Shown: positions 19,513 to 29,469 of the stretch, piece after piece | Numbering within the stretch: position 1 is the stretch's first letter | Layout: every line of letters starts with the position of its first letter | Assembly (NCBI GenBank): GCA_963663165.1 | Contig: OY760175.1 | Span: forward strand, 5,568,001 to 5,632,000 | DNA: 64,000 nt | Direction: 5' to 3' | Origin: an uncultured Desulfospira sp. | Lineage (GTDB): Bacteria > Desulfobacterota > Desulfobacteria > Desulfobacterales > Desulfobacteraceae | Made by a program: the position numbers and the translations under genes | The notes under the pieces: model-generated | What the model saw: only the letters and a program-made list of their open reading frames with translations | What the model was told of the DNA's origin: nothing | Database searches by the model: none

Positions 19513-20319
19513 GTTTTTATTTTGACTGGCCTTTGTGTTTCTTTTTTCAATTCCATCTAATTTATTTTGAGGCAGTGTTCCATATAAGCTTTCAACCTGT
19601 TTAGGATGAGATATCATTTGCTCTGCTATTAAATTAACCAATCCAAATAATTTTAAAGCGATTTCTTTATTGTCATTCAAGTCAATTTCCCCTGGATGAA
19701 CAGATTCGTTGCCAATAACTCTTACGATATCCAAAGATTTTTGCACAAGGGGATTTAGACCTTTGCTAACTAAACTTGCGATGTCTTTGTCAATATTTTT
19801 GCCGCTTTCCCCCAATTCTTTACACAAGTATTGAATGCTAAGCCTGAGTAACGCTGCCGCTCCTTTTGGTGAAGATTCAACAATTTCTCTTGCTTCATCA
19901 AATAGTTGTTGAATATGTTCTGGAAGATCTCCATTGGGCTTTATATCTATTTTTGAAGTTGGATATACAATTCGATCATAAACCCAAATAGAGATTTCTT
20001 TGCAATTATAACATCTTGCCAAATTACAGTTTTGAAGAATTGGTGCTGTGTAAGGTGTCTTGTCGGAATTTTCAAAAAAAGGCTTCCCTAACATCATTTT
20101 TTCGCACCATTGAACAAGATTATCCCTTAAATCTTTTTCCATATCTGGTTTGGTTTTAAAAAATTCAAGAGACTCTTCATTGGGGATACTTGGAGTCCGA
20201 TGGTCTTGTCCGTATGGTTTAACAAAGATGCTGTACCAGGTTTGGGTTGTGTAAGCACCACAATGTGGGCATGAAAAAGCAGTTTTTGAAATTACGGGGG
20301 TTGTATCTTCATTTGACAT
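19507..20319 (-). CDS. DUF4145-domain protein with N-terminal CxxC pairs
   Basis: SPKGAAALLRL..VRVIGNESVHPG (HEPN-like R..GN..VH); stop overlaps attC R''. Confidence 0.8.
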   Translation of the reverse strand: MSNEDTTPVISKTAFSCPHCGAYTTQTWYSIFVKPYGQDHRTPSIPNEESLEFFKTKPDMEKDLRDNLVQWCEKMMLGKPFFENSDKTPYTAPILQNCNLARCYNCKEISIWVYDRIVYPTSKIDIKPNGDLPEHIQQLFDEAREIVESSPKGAAALLRLSIQYLCKELGESGKNIDKDIASLVSKGLNPLVQKSLDIVRVIGNESVHPGEIDLNDNKEIALKLFGLVNLIAEQMISHPKQVESLYGTLPQNKLDGIEKRNTKASQNKNT

Positions 20320-20616
20320 CCTTACATTCCTTTTTTACCACCTAACGGGGAGCTGAGGGGCCGGGCTTTAAAACCACAAAAACTCCAATTATGTAGCGTG
20401 TTTGATTATGTTGTGAGTTTTATTCATTTTTATTCAAAAAGATTTTTCAAATCTTTCATTTTATTCGTATAATTCCAAATCATATGCATAGAAAAAGCCC
20501 GGAGTAGCCCCTCCGGGCTTTGATTGTGAACTCCCGTCGATAGCCGGAGAAGCCCACACACACAGTTATATTTCTATATCATTTTCCGGTTATCTGCAAT
20601 ACCGGAAAAATCTAAA

Positions 20617-21003
20617 ATGCTTTTAATTCCAAATACATGCCGATGGTGCCATTTCGTATTTTTTGTTTGCAGGTTCTGCTGGAGAGGGCAGGCCTATTGT
20701 TGCAGGGACTGCCGTAAGGCCGGAATCCTCAGAAACAAAAGAGAAGCACAGCGACGATACCGCCAGACCGAGAAGGGGAAAAGACGGCATCGGGAAGCCG
20801 AGAACCGGCGTCGGCATCGAAAAAAAATTCAAGAGACAAAAAACATGGATGATACAGCTTCCACAGTGCTGCCTGCTTGGTGTAGGACAATAATATTGTG
20901 GATTTTGTTTCAGATTCAGGGCCTTCCAATCAAACCATATTGTCAGTTCTGCGGCTCTTCAGGTCAAGTCGTCACACAATTTCCCCGGCGGGGATATGGA
21001 TAA
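20617..21003 (+). CDS. Cys-rich accessory protein (copy 2)
   Basis: Identical protein to 769-1155. Confidence 0.8.
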   Translation: MLLIPNTCRWCHFVFFVCRFCWRGQAYCCRDCRKAGILRNKREAQRRYRQTEKGKRRHREAENRRRHRKKIQETKNMDDTASTVLPAWCRTIILWILFQIQGLPIKPYCQFCGSSGQVVTQFPRRGYG

Positions 21004-21025
21004 ACGTAAAAACTGGAGGCGCGGC

Positions 21026-21436
21026 ATGGTAAAAAAAGAAATCCTGAACCCTTCAAGGGTGCGTTGTATCAAAGGAGGATTTAGTTTTATCCCCCATCGG
21101 TTTCTTACGGGTGGATTTTTGCGAGCATTAAGCCGGGACGAGTTGTTATTGTATTTTTTCCTGGTTCTGGCCGGTGACCGCAACGGATTAAGTTTTTACA
21201 GTTATGATAAAATATGCACCCTGCTAAAAATGCAACTGGACCAGTACATTGAAGCTCGGGATGGATTGATGGAAAATGATCTGATTGCCTTTGACGGCAC
21301 CATTTACCAGGTGCTTTCCTTACCGGCCAACCTTATACAATCTGCTGTACAAAAAAAATCTTCCCTGAACAGCCGTCAACCTGAATCAGTTGGAAAAATT
21401 TTGAGCAAACTGGTTATGGAGGCCGATCATGGTTGA
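21026..21436 (+). CDS. Putative winged-helix accessory protein (copy 2)
   Basis: Identical protein to 1178-1588. Confidence 0.75.
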   Translation: MVKKEILNPSRVRCIKGGFSFIPHRFLTGGFLRALSRDELLLYFFLVLAGDRNGLSFYSYDKICTLLKMQLDQYIEARDGLMENDLIAFDGTIYQVLSLPANLIQSAVQKKSSLNSRQPESVGKILSKLVMEADHG

Positions 21437-22346
21437 GCAGACACCCAAAAGTCCGCCCGGTTATGATCTGGATCAGATCCGCCGGGATTATCTGGACCAT
21501 ATGCTTAAAATCAAGGAAAGCTCTCCTTCTCAAACCTGTTGCAGGACCAAAATTATCAAAGCGTTTGACAGTTATCTGCAAACATCGGGAGTCTCACTGG
21601 TCAATATAAACATAGGGCATGTTGATGATTTTCTGGCAAGGTTCAATGCCCCATATGCAAAGAGTACCCAGGGGGTATACCGTTCCTGTTTTCGAGGCTT
21701 TTTGCACTACCTGTATAATGAACGGCATTTGATCCAACAGAATTTAGCCCCGCTTGTGACCGGTCCGCCAATGTTTGCTCAAGTCAAGCCTCCTAAATTT
21801 TTAAGACCCGGTGAAGTCCGTCAGTTATTTGATCATTTGCCCTGTGCAACATCCAAAGAGCTTCGTGTCTATGCACAGGTTCACCTGGCTTATTATCTTG
21901 GATTGCGCCCCATTGAAATCAGCCGCCTTACTCTGGACGATATCTGTTTTGCCAAAGGACTGCTAAACCTGGAAAACACAAAAAATGCAAAGCCCCTTCA
22001 ATTGCCCATTCCCGATGAAGTTATCAAAGCAATCACCGCTTATATCGTTGGAGGCAGGCCTAAAAGTCAGTCTCGCTCTCTTTTTTTAACCAGCCATTGC
22101 CCACCTTACAGAGCTGTAAGTGCCTGGCTCACCAGGCACGATTTAACAAAGGCGTTGCGGGCTGCCGGTCTTCCCGGTACAGGATATTGGCTGCGCCACA
22201 CCTTTGCACAAAACATGCTGGAAGCAGGTGCCGGCATTTTTGAAATCAAAGAAATGATGGGGCATTCCATCATTGATTCCACAAAAGTATATCTAAGTAT
22301 CCACAAGGAATTGATGCGCCGGGTGTTGTTCGATGAAACCGTTTAA
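21429..22346 (+). CDS. Tyrosine recombinase (RitA-like)
   Basis: Identical protein to copy 1. Confidence 0.9.
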   Translation: MVEQTPKSPPGYDLDQIRRDYLDHMLKIKESSPSQTCCRTKIIKAFDSYLQTSGVSLVNINIGHVDDFLARFNAPYAKSTQGVYRSCFRGFLHYLYNERHLIQQNLAPLVTGPPMFAQVKPPKFLRPGEVRQLFDHLPCATSKELRVYAQVHLAYYLGLRPIEISRLTLDDICFAKGLLNLENTKNAKPLQLPIPDEVIKAITAYIVGGRPKSQSRSLFLTSHCPPYRAVSAWLTRHDLTKALRAAGLPGTGYWLRHTFAQNMLEAGAGIFEIKEMMGHSIIDSTKVYLSIHKELMRRVLFDETV

Positions 22347-23307
22347 AAGCTTTTTGGCCACAGAGATGGAAAACTTTATTGTTTACCGGCAAGGACTGGG
22401 ATACAGTTGCCATATGCTCCGGTGGGCCTTGCTTACCTTTGACGATTTTTTAATGAGGCAGCCGGATCTCTCAGACATTTGGATGCCCCATTTTTATATC
22501 ACCTTTAAAAATGAGATTGGCCTTGAGCCCTCCGGCGTAGCCAGCATTCTAAATGTAGTTCGAGGCTTTTTTGATTATCTGAAACGGCAGCGGATAAATC
22601 TTGATAACCCTTTGAAAGATGTGACCGCTCCGGCCCGGCGCACCTTCATCCCCTTTATATTCTCACCGGAGCAGGTAGAAATGTTACTGGGGGTGGTATG
22701 CGGACGGATCCGGCAAACCCCTATGCGGTTCCTTAAAGATTACAGTGAATATCTGGTGATCCTTCTGCTTGCCCGCTGTGGGCTGAGGATGAATGAACCC
22801 TTGCGCCTGAGATTGAAAAATTACCGGCCGGATGAAAAGACGATTTACATAGAGAAAACCAAGTTCAAAAAGGACCGTCTTATCCCTATTCCAAAATCAA
22901 CTGCCATGCAGATTGACAACTATCTTTCAACCAGGGCCGCTTTAATTGAAAACGATATGAATCCCTACCTGTTCATGGGGATAGGGGAAAACGGCTTGAA
23001 CGATAACCGTATTCGCTCTGTTTTTCACGATGCTGTGCGTCAAATCGGGATCCGCCGCCCAAGGAAAATTATCGGCGACACGACCTTTGGGAAGCCCACT
23101 CCGCACTGTTTACGGCACTCTTTTGCCATTAACACCTTGAAGGCAGCCATTGCCCGGAAACAATCACCCCGGAATGTGCTGCCGGTGCTTGCCGGCTATA
23201 TGGGTCATGTTGAGTATAAATACACCATGGAATATTTGAAAGCAGTTGATGCTGAAAGCCGCGACAGCCTGTTCAAATTTACCACCGGCAGAAGGGATGA
23301 ATCATGA
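22333..23307 (+). CDS. Tyrosine recombinase (RitB-like)
   Basis: One L/S difference from copy 1. Confidence 0.9.
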   Translation: MKPFKSFLATEMENFIVYRQGLGYSCHMLRWALLTFDDFLMRQPDLSDIWMPHFYITFKNEIGLEPSGVASILNVVRGFFDYLKRQRINLDNPLKDVTAPARRTFIPFIFSPEQVEMLLGVVCGRIRQTPMRFLKDYSEYLVILLLARCGLRMNEPLRLRLKNYRPDEKTIYIEKTKFKKDRLIPIPKSTAMQIDNYLSTRAALIENDMNPYLFMGIGENGLNDNRIRSVFHDAVRQIGIRRPRKIIGDTTFGKPTPHCLRHSFAINTLKAAIARKQSPRNVLPVLAGYMGHVEYKYTMEYLKAVDAESRDSLFKFTTGRRDES

Positions 23308-24323
23308 ACCTGACCCGTTGCGTTGTTCAATTTTTTGACCAATACCTGCCTTATGTCAAAGGGTGCCGCCCCAATACGATCAAAAGTTACCGGGATACCA
23401 TGCGCTTTTTTTTACCGTTTGCTGCCGAATACCACAGCGTAAAGGTCAGTTCGCTCAATCTGGAACATATCACGGTAGAATTAATTTTGCAGTTTCTCAA
23501 TGAGCTTGAATCCAAACGGTCCAACACGGCTAAAACCCGGAACCAGCGCCTGGCCGTTTTAAAGTCTTTTGCCAAAATGATCCGTTTTATTTATCCCGAG
23601 CAACAAAAACTGACCAATGCGATCCTTGATATTCCCCGGAAACGAAGCCAACACAAGTTGATCGGATTTTTGTATCCCCAGGAGATCAATCAAATCCTTA
23701 ATGCGGTCCAACTTAAAAGAAAGGACGGGTTCCGAGATTATACCCTTCTGTATCTATTATATGATACCGGTGCCAGGGCAACGGAAATCGCTACCCTTGA
23801 GATGGATTATTTTGATTATGAAAATCAAACTCTGGCGATTCTTGGGAAGGGTAACCGATATCGACAAGTTCAGTTGCTTGGGAAAACAGTAGAGCTTATG
23901 CATCAGTATATTGAAGAACATCGCAATACGCCAATCCATCCGTTTAAAAAAAGGCTGTTCATCAACCAAAGAGGAACAAGCTTGACCCGCCACGGTATCA
24001 ACCGGATCTGTAAAAACTACCTTGAACAGGCTTTACCGGCAAAGCGGACAGCGACCATGCACCCCGTCCATAGCTTCCGTCATTCGTGTGCCGTTCGAAT
24101 GCTCTCAGAGGATCGGCCTTTATCTGAAATTAAGAATCGCTTGGGGCATTCTAATGTCAAATCCACAATGGTTTACTTAAAGCTTGATCTAGGCCAGAAG
24201 CGACATTTACAAGAGAACTTCATCCAGTTCACCAAACAGCACCTGAAATCTGATCCGAAAATTGAGGAGTTGATCCAGTGGGAAAACAAGCAAAACGTTC
24301 TTGAGTGGCTGGATAGTCTATAG
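23304..24323 (+). CDS. Tyrosine recombinase (RitC-like)
   Basis: Identical protein to copy 1. Confidence 0.9.
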   Translation: MNLTRCVVQFFDQYLPYVKGCRPNTIKSYRDTMRFFLPFAAEYHSVKVSSLNLEHITVELILQFLNELESKRSNTAKTRNQRLAVLKSFAKMIRFIYPEQQKLTNAILDIPRKRSQHKLIGFLYPQEINQILNAVQLKRKDGFRDYTLLYLLYDTGARATEIATLEMDYFDYENQTLAILGKGNRYRQVQLLGKTVELMHQYIEEHRNTPIHPFKKRLFINQRGTSLTRHGINRICKNYLEQALPAKRTATMHPVHSFRHSCAVRMLSEDRPLSEIKNRLGHSNVKSTMVYLKLDLGQKRHLQENFIQFTKQHLKSDPKIEELIQWENKQNVLEWLDSL

Positions 24324-24629
24324 ATCCTTACAGACTTCATCACCAGCACTCCTCAGGGCAAACTGTAGCTGTTTATTATGTTTAGTGATTTGTTGCAAAT
24401 TTGTCATACCCTTGATAACCAACTGTTTATTTGAACGATTTTGACTTACGGCATTACGGCGCCCAAACCACGGTCAATCAAGGCTTCAGGACCGCTCGCA
24501 ACATAACTCCAATAAAAAGTTAATTTTTCATGCACCAAGAGCTTTCAAAAAGACGGCGCAGGTAGCCCGGTCGCCTCGAGCGTTTTGTTGGGCTTTTATT
24601 TGATGGGCTTTTATTTGAATCAAATCAGA

Positions 24630-25181
24630 TTAAAGCCCTTCACCTAATGGCGCAGATGATATGTTCAAATGGATATTTTCATTATCTAATTTGAGATCGT
24701 GTGCCATGATATATTTTCGAATATCGGGAAAGAAATCCTTTTGCCTGTTTTGTAAATTCTCAAAAAGATGAAGCATTGCAGCAACATCATGGGCATCATA
24801 ATCGCCTGGCAGCATAGCCTCTACCCATTGTTCTTGGATTTCATTTTGTTTTTCCTTAGGCAAATAAGCCATATTCCATATCATCATAGATAAATCTATT
24901 ATTCCACGAACCCTAATTTCATTTCCCCAATACATTTTAATATATGGTTCCGCTATTTTCAAAATCACTGCTGACATTTTGATTTGATCAGGATTATCAA
25001 TAATACTCATCTTTGTTGGATCCAAATCTAATCCTTTAAGCAAATCATGTACCTTCTTATTTAAATTCTGGTACTTTGTTTGGGTTGTTTTATGCTTTTT
25101 AATATTTTGAGTTTTAAACCCCAAAGCTTTTCTCTTGTTTTTTCTGGATTGGTTTTTACGTACTTGTTTTCCCATTACCAT
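24630..25181 (-). CDS. Hypothetical cassette protein with basic N-terminus
   Basis: ORF fills the cassette; start trimmed to the first ATG inside the cassette. Confidence 0.7.
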   Translation of the reverse strand: MVMGKQVRKNQSRKNKRKALGFKTQNIKKHKTTQTKYQNLNKKVHDLLKGLDLDPTKMSIIDNPDQIKMSAVILKIAEPYIKMYWGNEIRVRGIIDLSMMIWNMAYLPKEKQNEIQEQWVEAMLPGDYDAHDVAAMLHLFENLQNRQKDFFPDIRKYIMAHDLKLDNENIHLNISSAPLGEGL

Positions 25182-25205
25182 ACTTTCTTTTCGGTATTTT
25201 GTGGA

Positions 25206-25333
25206 GCCCAACGACAAGCTCAGCCGACCGGGGGCAAGTTGCCGAGTTCGTTGTAAAAGCCAAGTCCTTTCATAAATCAAGGTCTTTCAAAAGTCGCTAA
25301 GCCCCCCGGGTCGGCTGGAGCGGCTTGTTCGCC
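25206..25333 (-). repeat. attC site
   Basis: GCCCAAC...GTTCGCC. Confidence 0.9.
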
Positions 25334-25340
25334 AATTAAC

Positions 25341-25799
25341 TTAGTGATTATCAAAGTCATTATATTTTGCTTTCAGCCGTATAGCAGCACAAATTTCAAG
25401 CAAGGCTTGCCGAGTAGGATCGGGCTCTTCAATAAATTGGACATCCATATTTTTGATCCTCTGTCTCGCCTTATCGAATGCCTGTTTGAAATCTGGCTGT
25501 GTTAGTAAGTCTTTTCGTGAACCTTTTTTTTGATAAGATGCTTTTATGTTACCAGTCTGCTCACGGGCTAAAAGAAAAGCAAATGTAGCTTGGTTATGGT
25601 TATTTCGAGTGTGATACTGAAGTCTTTTACGCAATTTGTTTGATCTGCCAACGTATAGAGCGGTTTCATTTTCCGAAAAAAGATATATTCCAGACGCGGG
25701 CATATCTTTCGGCAAAGCCTTCATGCAGCATTTAGGGGCGTCGCATAACATCGAATATTTATTTTCAACATCCTTAATTGCTTCGGAAAATTCATTCAT
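25341..25799 (-). CDS. GIY-YIG nuclease-like protein
   Basis: SGIYLF..LYVGRS..LRKRL..H, later E and N residues. Confidence 0.75.
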   Translation of the reverse strand: MNEFSEAIKDVENKYSMLCDAPKCCMKALPKDMPASGIYLFSENETALYVGRSNKLRKRLQYHTRNNHNQATFAFLLAREQTGNIKASYQKKGSRKDLLTQPDFKQAFDKARQRIKNMDVQFIEEPDPTRQALLEICAAIRLKAKYNDFDNH

Positions 25800-25813
25800 T
25801 CAACATTTTCTCC

Positions 25814-25940
25814 GGCGAACGGGGAGCTCAGCCGACCGGGGCATATAACCGAGCAGGTTGTCGAAGCCAAGTTCTTTCGAAAACCAAGAGCTTTCGAAAA
25901 GCCGCTAGCCCCCCGGGTCGGCTGCAGCGTTTTGTTATCA
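25814..25940 (-). repeat. attC site
   Basis: GGCGAAC...GTTATCA. Confidence 0.9.
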
Positions 25941-25950
25941 TAATTTTTGA

Positions 25951-26241
25951 TCAAACATGAAGGGCTTCAAGTACCGCTTTAGGGTTTTTGGAGGCGATAC
26001 GTAACAAGGCTTTTGCAGGGCCTTCTGGTTTCCTCCTCCCTTGTTCCCAATTTTGAAGAGTTCTTACGCTTACTCCTATCATCATGGCAAATTCAGACTG
26101 TGAAACGCTTAAAGTCTTCCGAACCATTTTAATTTCAGGAGCTTCAATCTCAAAAACTCGGCTTGGTTTCTTTTTTCCGGTTTTTATATCGCCAGCTTCT
26201 TTTATGCTTGAAAGCAACATATCAAAATCTTCTTTTTTCAT
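25951..26241 (-). CDS. HigA-like HTH antitoxin
   Basis: SQSEFA..GVSVRTLQNWEQGRR. Confidence 0.9.
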   Translation of the reverse strand: MKKEDFDMLLSSIKEAGDIKTGKKKPSRVFEIEAPEIKMVRKTLSVSQSEFAMMIGVSVRTLQNWEQGRRKPEGPAKALLRIASKNPKAVLEALHV

Positions 26242-26570
26242 AATAAATTCTCCTTTAATGCTTTTTTCAAGATTTTGACTTGTTCGAGGGTTAAATCTTC
26301 TTGTTCGTTTTTCTTGTACATGAACAGCATGTAGATCGTTTCGGGTTGATCAAAATAGTAAATAACCCGTAAAGCCCCTCTTTTGCCTGCACCAGGTAAT
26401 TTCCAACGAATTTTACGAATTCCTCCACTTCCTTTAATAATTGCCCCTGCACCTGGATTTAACATTAAAGCAGATTGCAATACTCGATAACTCGAGTCGG
26501 GTAGAAGCTTCAGAACTTGCTTGGTAAATATTGATGTTTCAATGAATTCCATAACACAACAATACGCCAT
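26238..26570 (-). CDS. RelE/HigB-family toxin
   Basis: FIETSIF, GSGGIRKIRW, GKRGALRVIYY. Confidence 0.9.
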   Translation of the reverse strand: MAYCCVMEFIETSIFTKQVLKLLPDSSYRVLQSALMLNPGAGAIIKGSGGIRKIRWKLPGAGKRGALRVIYYFDQPETIYMLFMYKKNEQEDLTLEQVKILKKALKENLL

Positions 26571-26605
26571 TGACGTATTTAAGTCAAGATGGAGATGGTT
26601 TTAAA

Positions 26606-26732
26606 TGATAACGACAAGCTCAGCCGACCGGGGCAAATTGCCGAGCGCGTTGTAAAAGCCCAATCCTTTCAAAAATCAAGGTCTTTCAAAAGTCGCTAGG
26701 CCCCCCGGGTCGGCTGGAGCGGCTTGTTAGCT
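26606..26732 (-). repeat. attC site
   Basis: TGATAAC...GTTAGCT. Confidence 0.9.
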
Positions 26733-26735
26733 GAA

Positions 26736-27107
26736 TCATAGCTTTTTTACGTTTATGGTTTTATCGCATATCACTCCAATTAGTGATGTTATTAATCCCA
26801 GAACAAGACTACCGCCAATTGCGTATAGCGGAATAAAAATAAATATAAGGCCAGCTGTAGATGAACCAGTTTTAGTTGCCCACCAATCAAAAAACCATGC
26901 GAAATGACTAAAAAAGACTATGATGGTCGCACCTGTAGCGAATCCAATACCCCCCAATTTATTGGCATAGCTTTTGCTTTTAAAGCTACTCTTCAATACT
27001 ATATATCCAAGAACAAGAGGGACCATATTCCAAAAAGCAAAAGGGTTAATTGGTATTCCCTCCAAAATATATACAGAAACACAAAGAATGATGAAAACTA
27101 TTGTCAA
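26736..27107 (-). CDS. Membrane protein (about 4 TM)
   Basis: Hydrophobic ORF, SSTAGLIFIFIP; duplicate at 35055. Confidence 0.75.
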   Translation of the reverse strand: MTIVFIILCVSVYILEGIPINPFAFWNMVPLVLGYIVLKSSFKSKSYANKLGGIGFATGATIIVFFSHFAWFFDWWATKTGSSTAGLIFIFIPLYAIGGSLVLGLITSLIGVICDKTINVKKL

Positions 27108-27162
27108 TAAATTTCCTTTTTTCCCATTGTATGTTTAATGATATCCATGGTCGATTTTAACA

Positions 27163-27292
27163 CGCTAACGGGGAGCTCAGCCGCCCGGGGACGAAAACCG
27201 AGAAATTCCCAAAAATTAAATTCATTTCATAAACCAGACACTTTTCAAAAGCCGCTAGCACCCCCGGGTCGGCCTGAAGCGTTTTGTTGGGT
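27163..27292 (-). repeat. attC site
   Basis: CGCTAAC...GTTGGGT. Confidence 0.9.
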
Positions 27293-27619
27293 GATATCTG
27301 TTGCCGTTCTTTGAAGCGCATCAGTTACCCATGTATTAAGGCTTTTACCATTCTTTCGTGCTTGAATAACAAGGGTCTTATGTAGTTCTGGGCCAACTCG
27401 AACTAAAAATTTCCCAGAATATGGCTTTTCAGGAGCCTCGCCCCGCTCAGCACAAAATTCCAAGTAGTCTTCTACTGAATCTGTAAATGCTTTTCTAAGC
27501 TCCTCAACAGATTCTCCTTCAAAGGTAATTACATCTCTCAAATTGATGATTTCTCCATGAAAAATGTTGGCTTCATCATCAAACTCAACCTTTGCAAAAT
27601 ATCCTTTATATTCCATCAT
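27245..27619 (-). CDS. hicB: HicB antitoxin
   Basis: MEYKGY..SVEDYLEFC..KPYSGKFLVR; reads into the attC. Confidence 0.9.
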   Translation of the reverse strand: MMEYKGYFAKVEFDDEANIFHGEIINLRDVITFEGESVEELRKAFTDSVEDYLEFCAERGEAPEKPYSGKFLVRVGPELHKTLVIQARKNGKSLNTWVTDALQRTATDITQQNASGRPGGASGF

Positions 27620-27876
27620 GGTCTTACTCCTGCCTCTTGAAGAAATCTTCGTACAGATTTGACTGCCCCTTTCCCAGTGACTCTTTCCGGGTGAGGTCTG
27701 TGAAAAACGGCACGGACATCATTTAGCGCAATTCTAACTCGTGAACCCCTACCTTCAGAAATATCAGCACCGAGTGCGGAGAATAGCGATTCAATATTTG
27801 ACCACGCTATATCTGATCTTTCTGGTTTTTCGAATATTCTTTCAAGAGTTTGTTGTTGCTTTTTATTCATGCTCAA
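27616..27876 (-). CDS. hicA: HicA toxin
   Basis: EGRGSRVR..FHRPHP. Confidence 0.9.
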   Translation of the reverse strand: MSMNKKQQQTLERIFEKPERSDIAWSNIESLFSALGADISEGRGSRVRIALNDVRAVFHRPHPERVTGKGAVKSVRRFLQEAGVRP

Positions 27877-27942
27877 ATGATATTACACTTTGATACTATT
27901 TTAAAGGCTTTAAATGAATATTTTGAGGATGGATGTTACGAC

Positions 27943-28071
27943 ACCCAACGATAAGCTCAGCCGACCGGGGGTAAGTTGCCGAGCGCGTTGTAAAAGTCAA
28001 ATCCTTTCATTAATCAAGGACTTTCGAAAAGTCGCTAAGCCCCCCGGGTCGGCTGGAGCGGCTTGTTCTTT
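27943..28071 (-). repeat. attC site
   Basis: ACCCAAC...GTTCTTT. Confidence 0.9.
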
Positions 28072-28133
28072 TCCATTACGTTGGGGAACATAGGAGCCTT
28101 GCCCCTTTTTCTCCGACATTGCCCAATGAGGTC

Positions 28134-29426
28134 TTAGTAGGCCTCAAGGGGCAAATCCAAATAGAGAATTTTGTTATTAGAGGCGTTGCATTTCATGCTC
28201 CAATGATACTGAAATCCATCCTCCGTTGTCATTCGGTCTATCTCTATAGTGTCGGAACTTGCATAGTCATCGGTCATGATGATCTCATCAGGCCATAACC
28301 AAACGGTCACATCTGCGACTGTGGTTGTTTCCTCTAAATCCGAATCGTCGAATTTAAATTTATATATCAACTTGCGCACCCACTTCTCCTGCAGGTCTTC
28401 CCCTTCTTCCGTTAAAATTTTATTGTAAACTATCTGGATTTCTTTTTCGGCAATATTGCCGTTTAGGTCTGTTACGACCACATTTAATAAATTGGTTCCC
28501 AGGTCGAGGGTAATTTCATCAATTTTCCATTCCCATCCCCATTCTTCTGTTGCAACTCCCTGAAGACCATTAGAATTAGCCCAGATTACTTGGTCGATTC
28601 CTATGGCTGTAGGGGTCATTTCTTGTGTTAAGGGATCGACTTCGTCTTCTAGTGAATCAACCGCTTCAGTGGTTGATGCTGTTGTGACTGAATAATCGCT
28701 CTGTGACAATCCCAGGCTATTCGAAGATGTGGATTCCAGAGTGTCTAAACTATCCGTTGTAACCACAGAAACGGTTTGCTGTAAAACTTCAGCAGGCTCA
28801 ACATAGGACGAGCAATCAGTGATTCCAAAATTGCCTGTAAAGGTAATCAAATCATTATCCGACAGCTCCCCGTTATCAAATTTTGTTATAAAGGCGGACA
28901 AATCCAGTCCGTCAATATCTCCGTCAGAATCGAAATCACCGGCACAAAATCCCCAAAAGGCTTTAACCCCGTATGTATCAGAATTGTTGTAATCAAAAAC
29001 GATCCACCCTGTATTTTCACTCCAGGCTTTGCCGGAAAGGATACCCGAATTCGGATCAACGGTCACACCATAATCCACCGACTCACAATCGTCTGTATTC
29101 TCACAGGAGAAGCTTATCCATCCAATGTTTTCACCCCAGGCGTATCCTGATAAAGTTCCGTTTCCGTTATGGACAACGCCGCCATAAGCAGGATTCATTC
29201 TTATCCATCCGACATTCTCCCCCCAGGCATCCCCTGTTAAGTTTGTGGCGGAGAGGGTTATTCCTTCTCCGTAAGACGGATTAAAGTCAATCCACCCGAC
29301 ATTTTCGCCCCAGGCGTATCGATGCCCGTTATCATTAACATCAATATTCCTTGCTGTTCCGGGGGAAACAAACGAAATCAACAGCATAGCGGACAGGAGA
29401 ATTATATGAATTTTCATTTGGCTCAT
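28134..29426 (-). CDS. Secreted protein with AWGEN(V/I)GWI repeats and a dockerin-like motif
   Basis: Signal peptide after MSQMKI; four AW.EN.GWI repeats; GDFDSDGDIDGLDL. Confidence 0.8.
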   Translation of the reverse strand: MSQMKIHIILLSAMLLISFVSPGTARNIDVNDNGHRYAWGENVGWIDFNPSYGEGITLSATNLTGDAWGENVGWIRMNPAYGGVVHNGNGTLSGYAWGENIGWISFSCENTDDCESVDYGVTVDPNSGILSGKAWSENTGWIVFDYNNSDTYGVKAFWGFCAGDFDSDGDIDGLDLSAFITKFDNGELSDNDLITFTGNFGITDCSSYVEPAEVLQQTVSVVTTDSLDTLESTSSNSLGLSQSDYSVTTASTTEAVDSLEDEVDPLTQEMTPTAIGIDQVIWANSNGLQGVATEEWGWEWKIDEITLDLGTNLLNVVVTDLNGNIAEKEIQIVYNKILTEEGEDLQEKWVRKLIYKFKFDDSDLEETTTVADVTVWLWPDEIIMTDDYASSDTIEIDRMTTEDGFQYHWSMKCNASNNKILYLDLPLEAY

Positions 29427-29469
29427 GGGTTTTCTCCGATTTTTGTTAATGGTCAAAGTGTTGCTGTTA

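Larger units (their letters stand above)
20389..24506 (+). mobile_element. RIT-type element copy 2
   Basis: Near-identical to 541-4658; flanked by direct CTCCAA. Confidence 0.92.
20340..24593 (-). repeat. attC site split by RIT copy 2 (halves 20340-20388 and 24507-24593)
   Basis: ACCTAAC..CTCCAA | RIT | CTCCAA..GTTGGGC. Confidence 0.88.
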
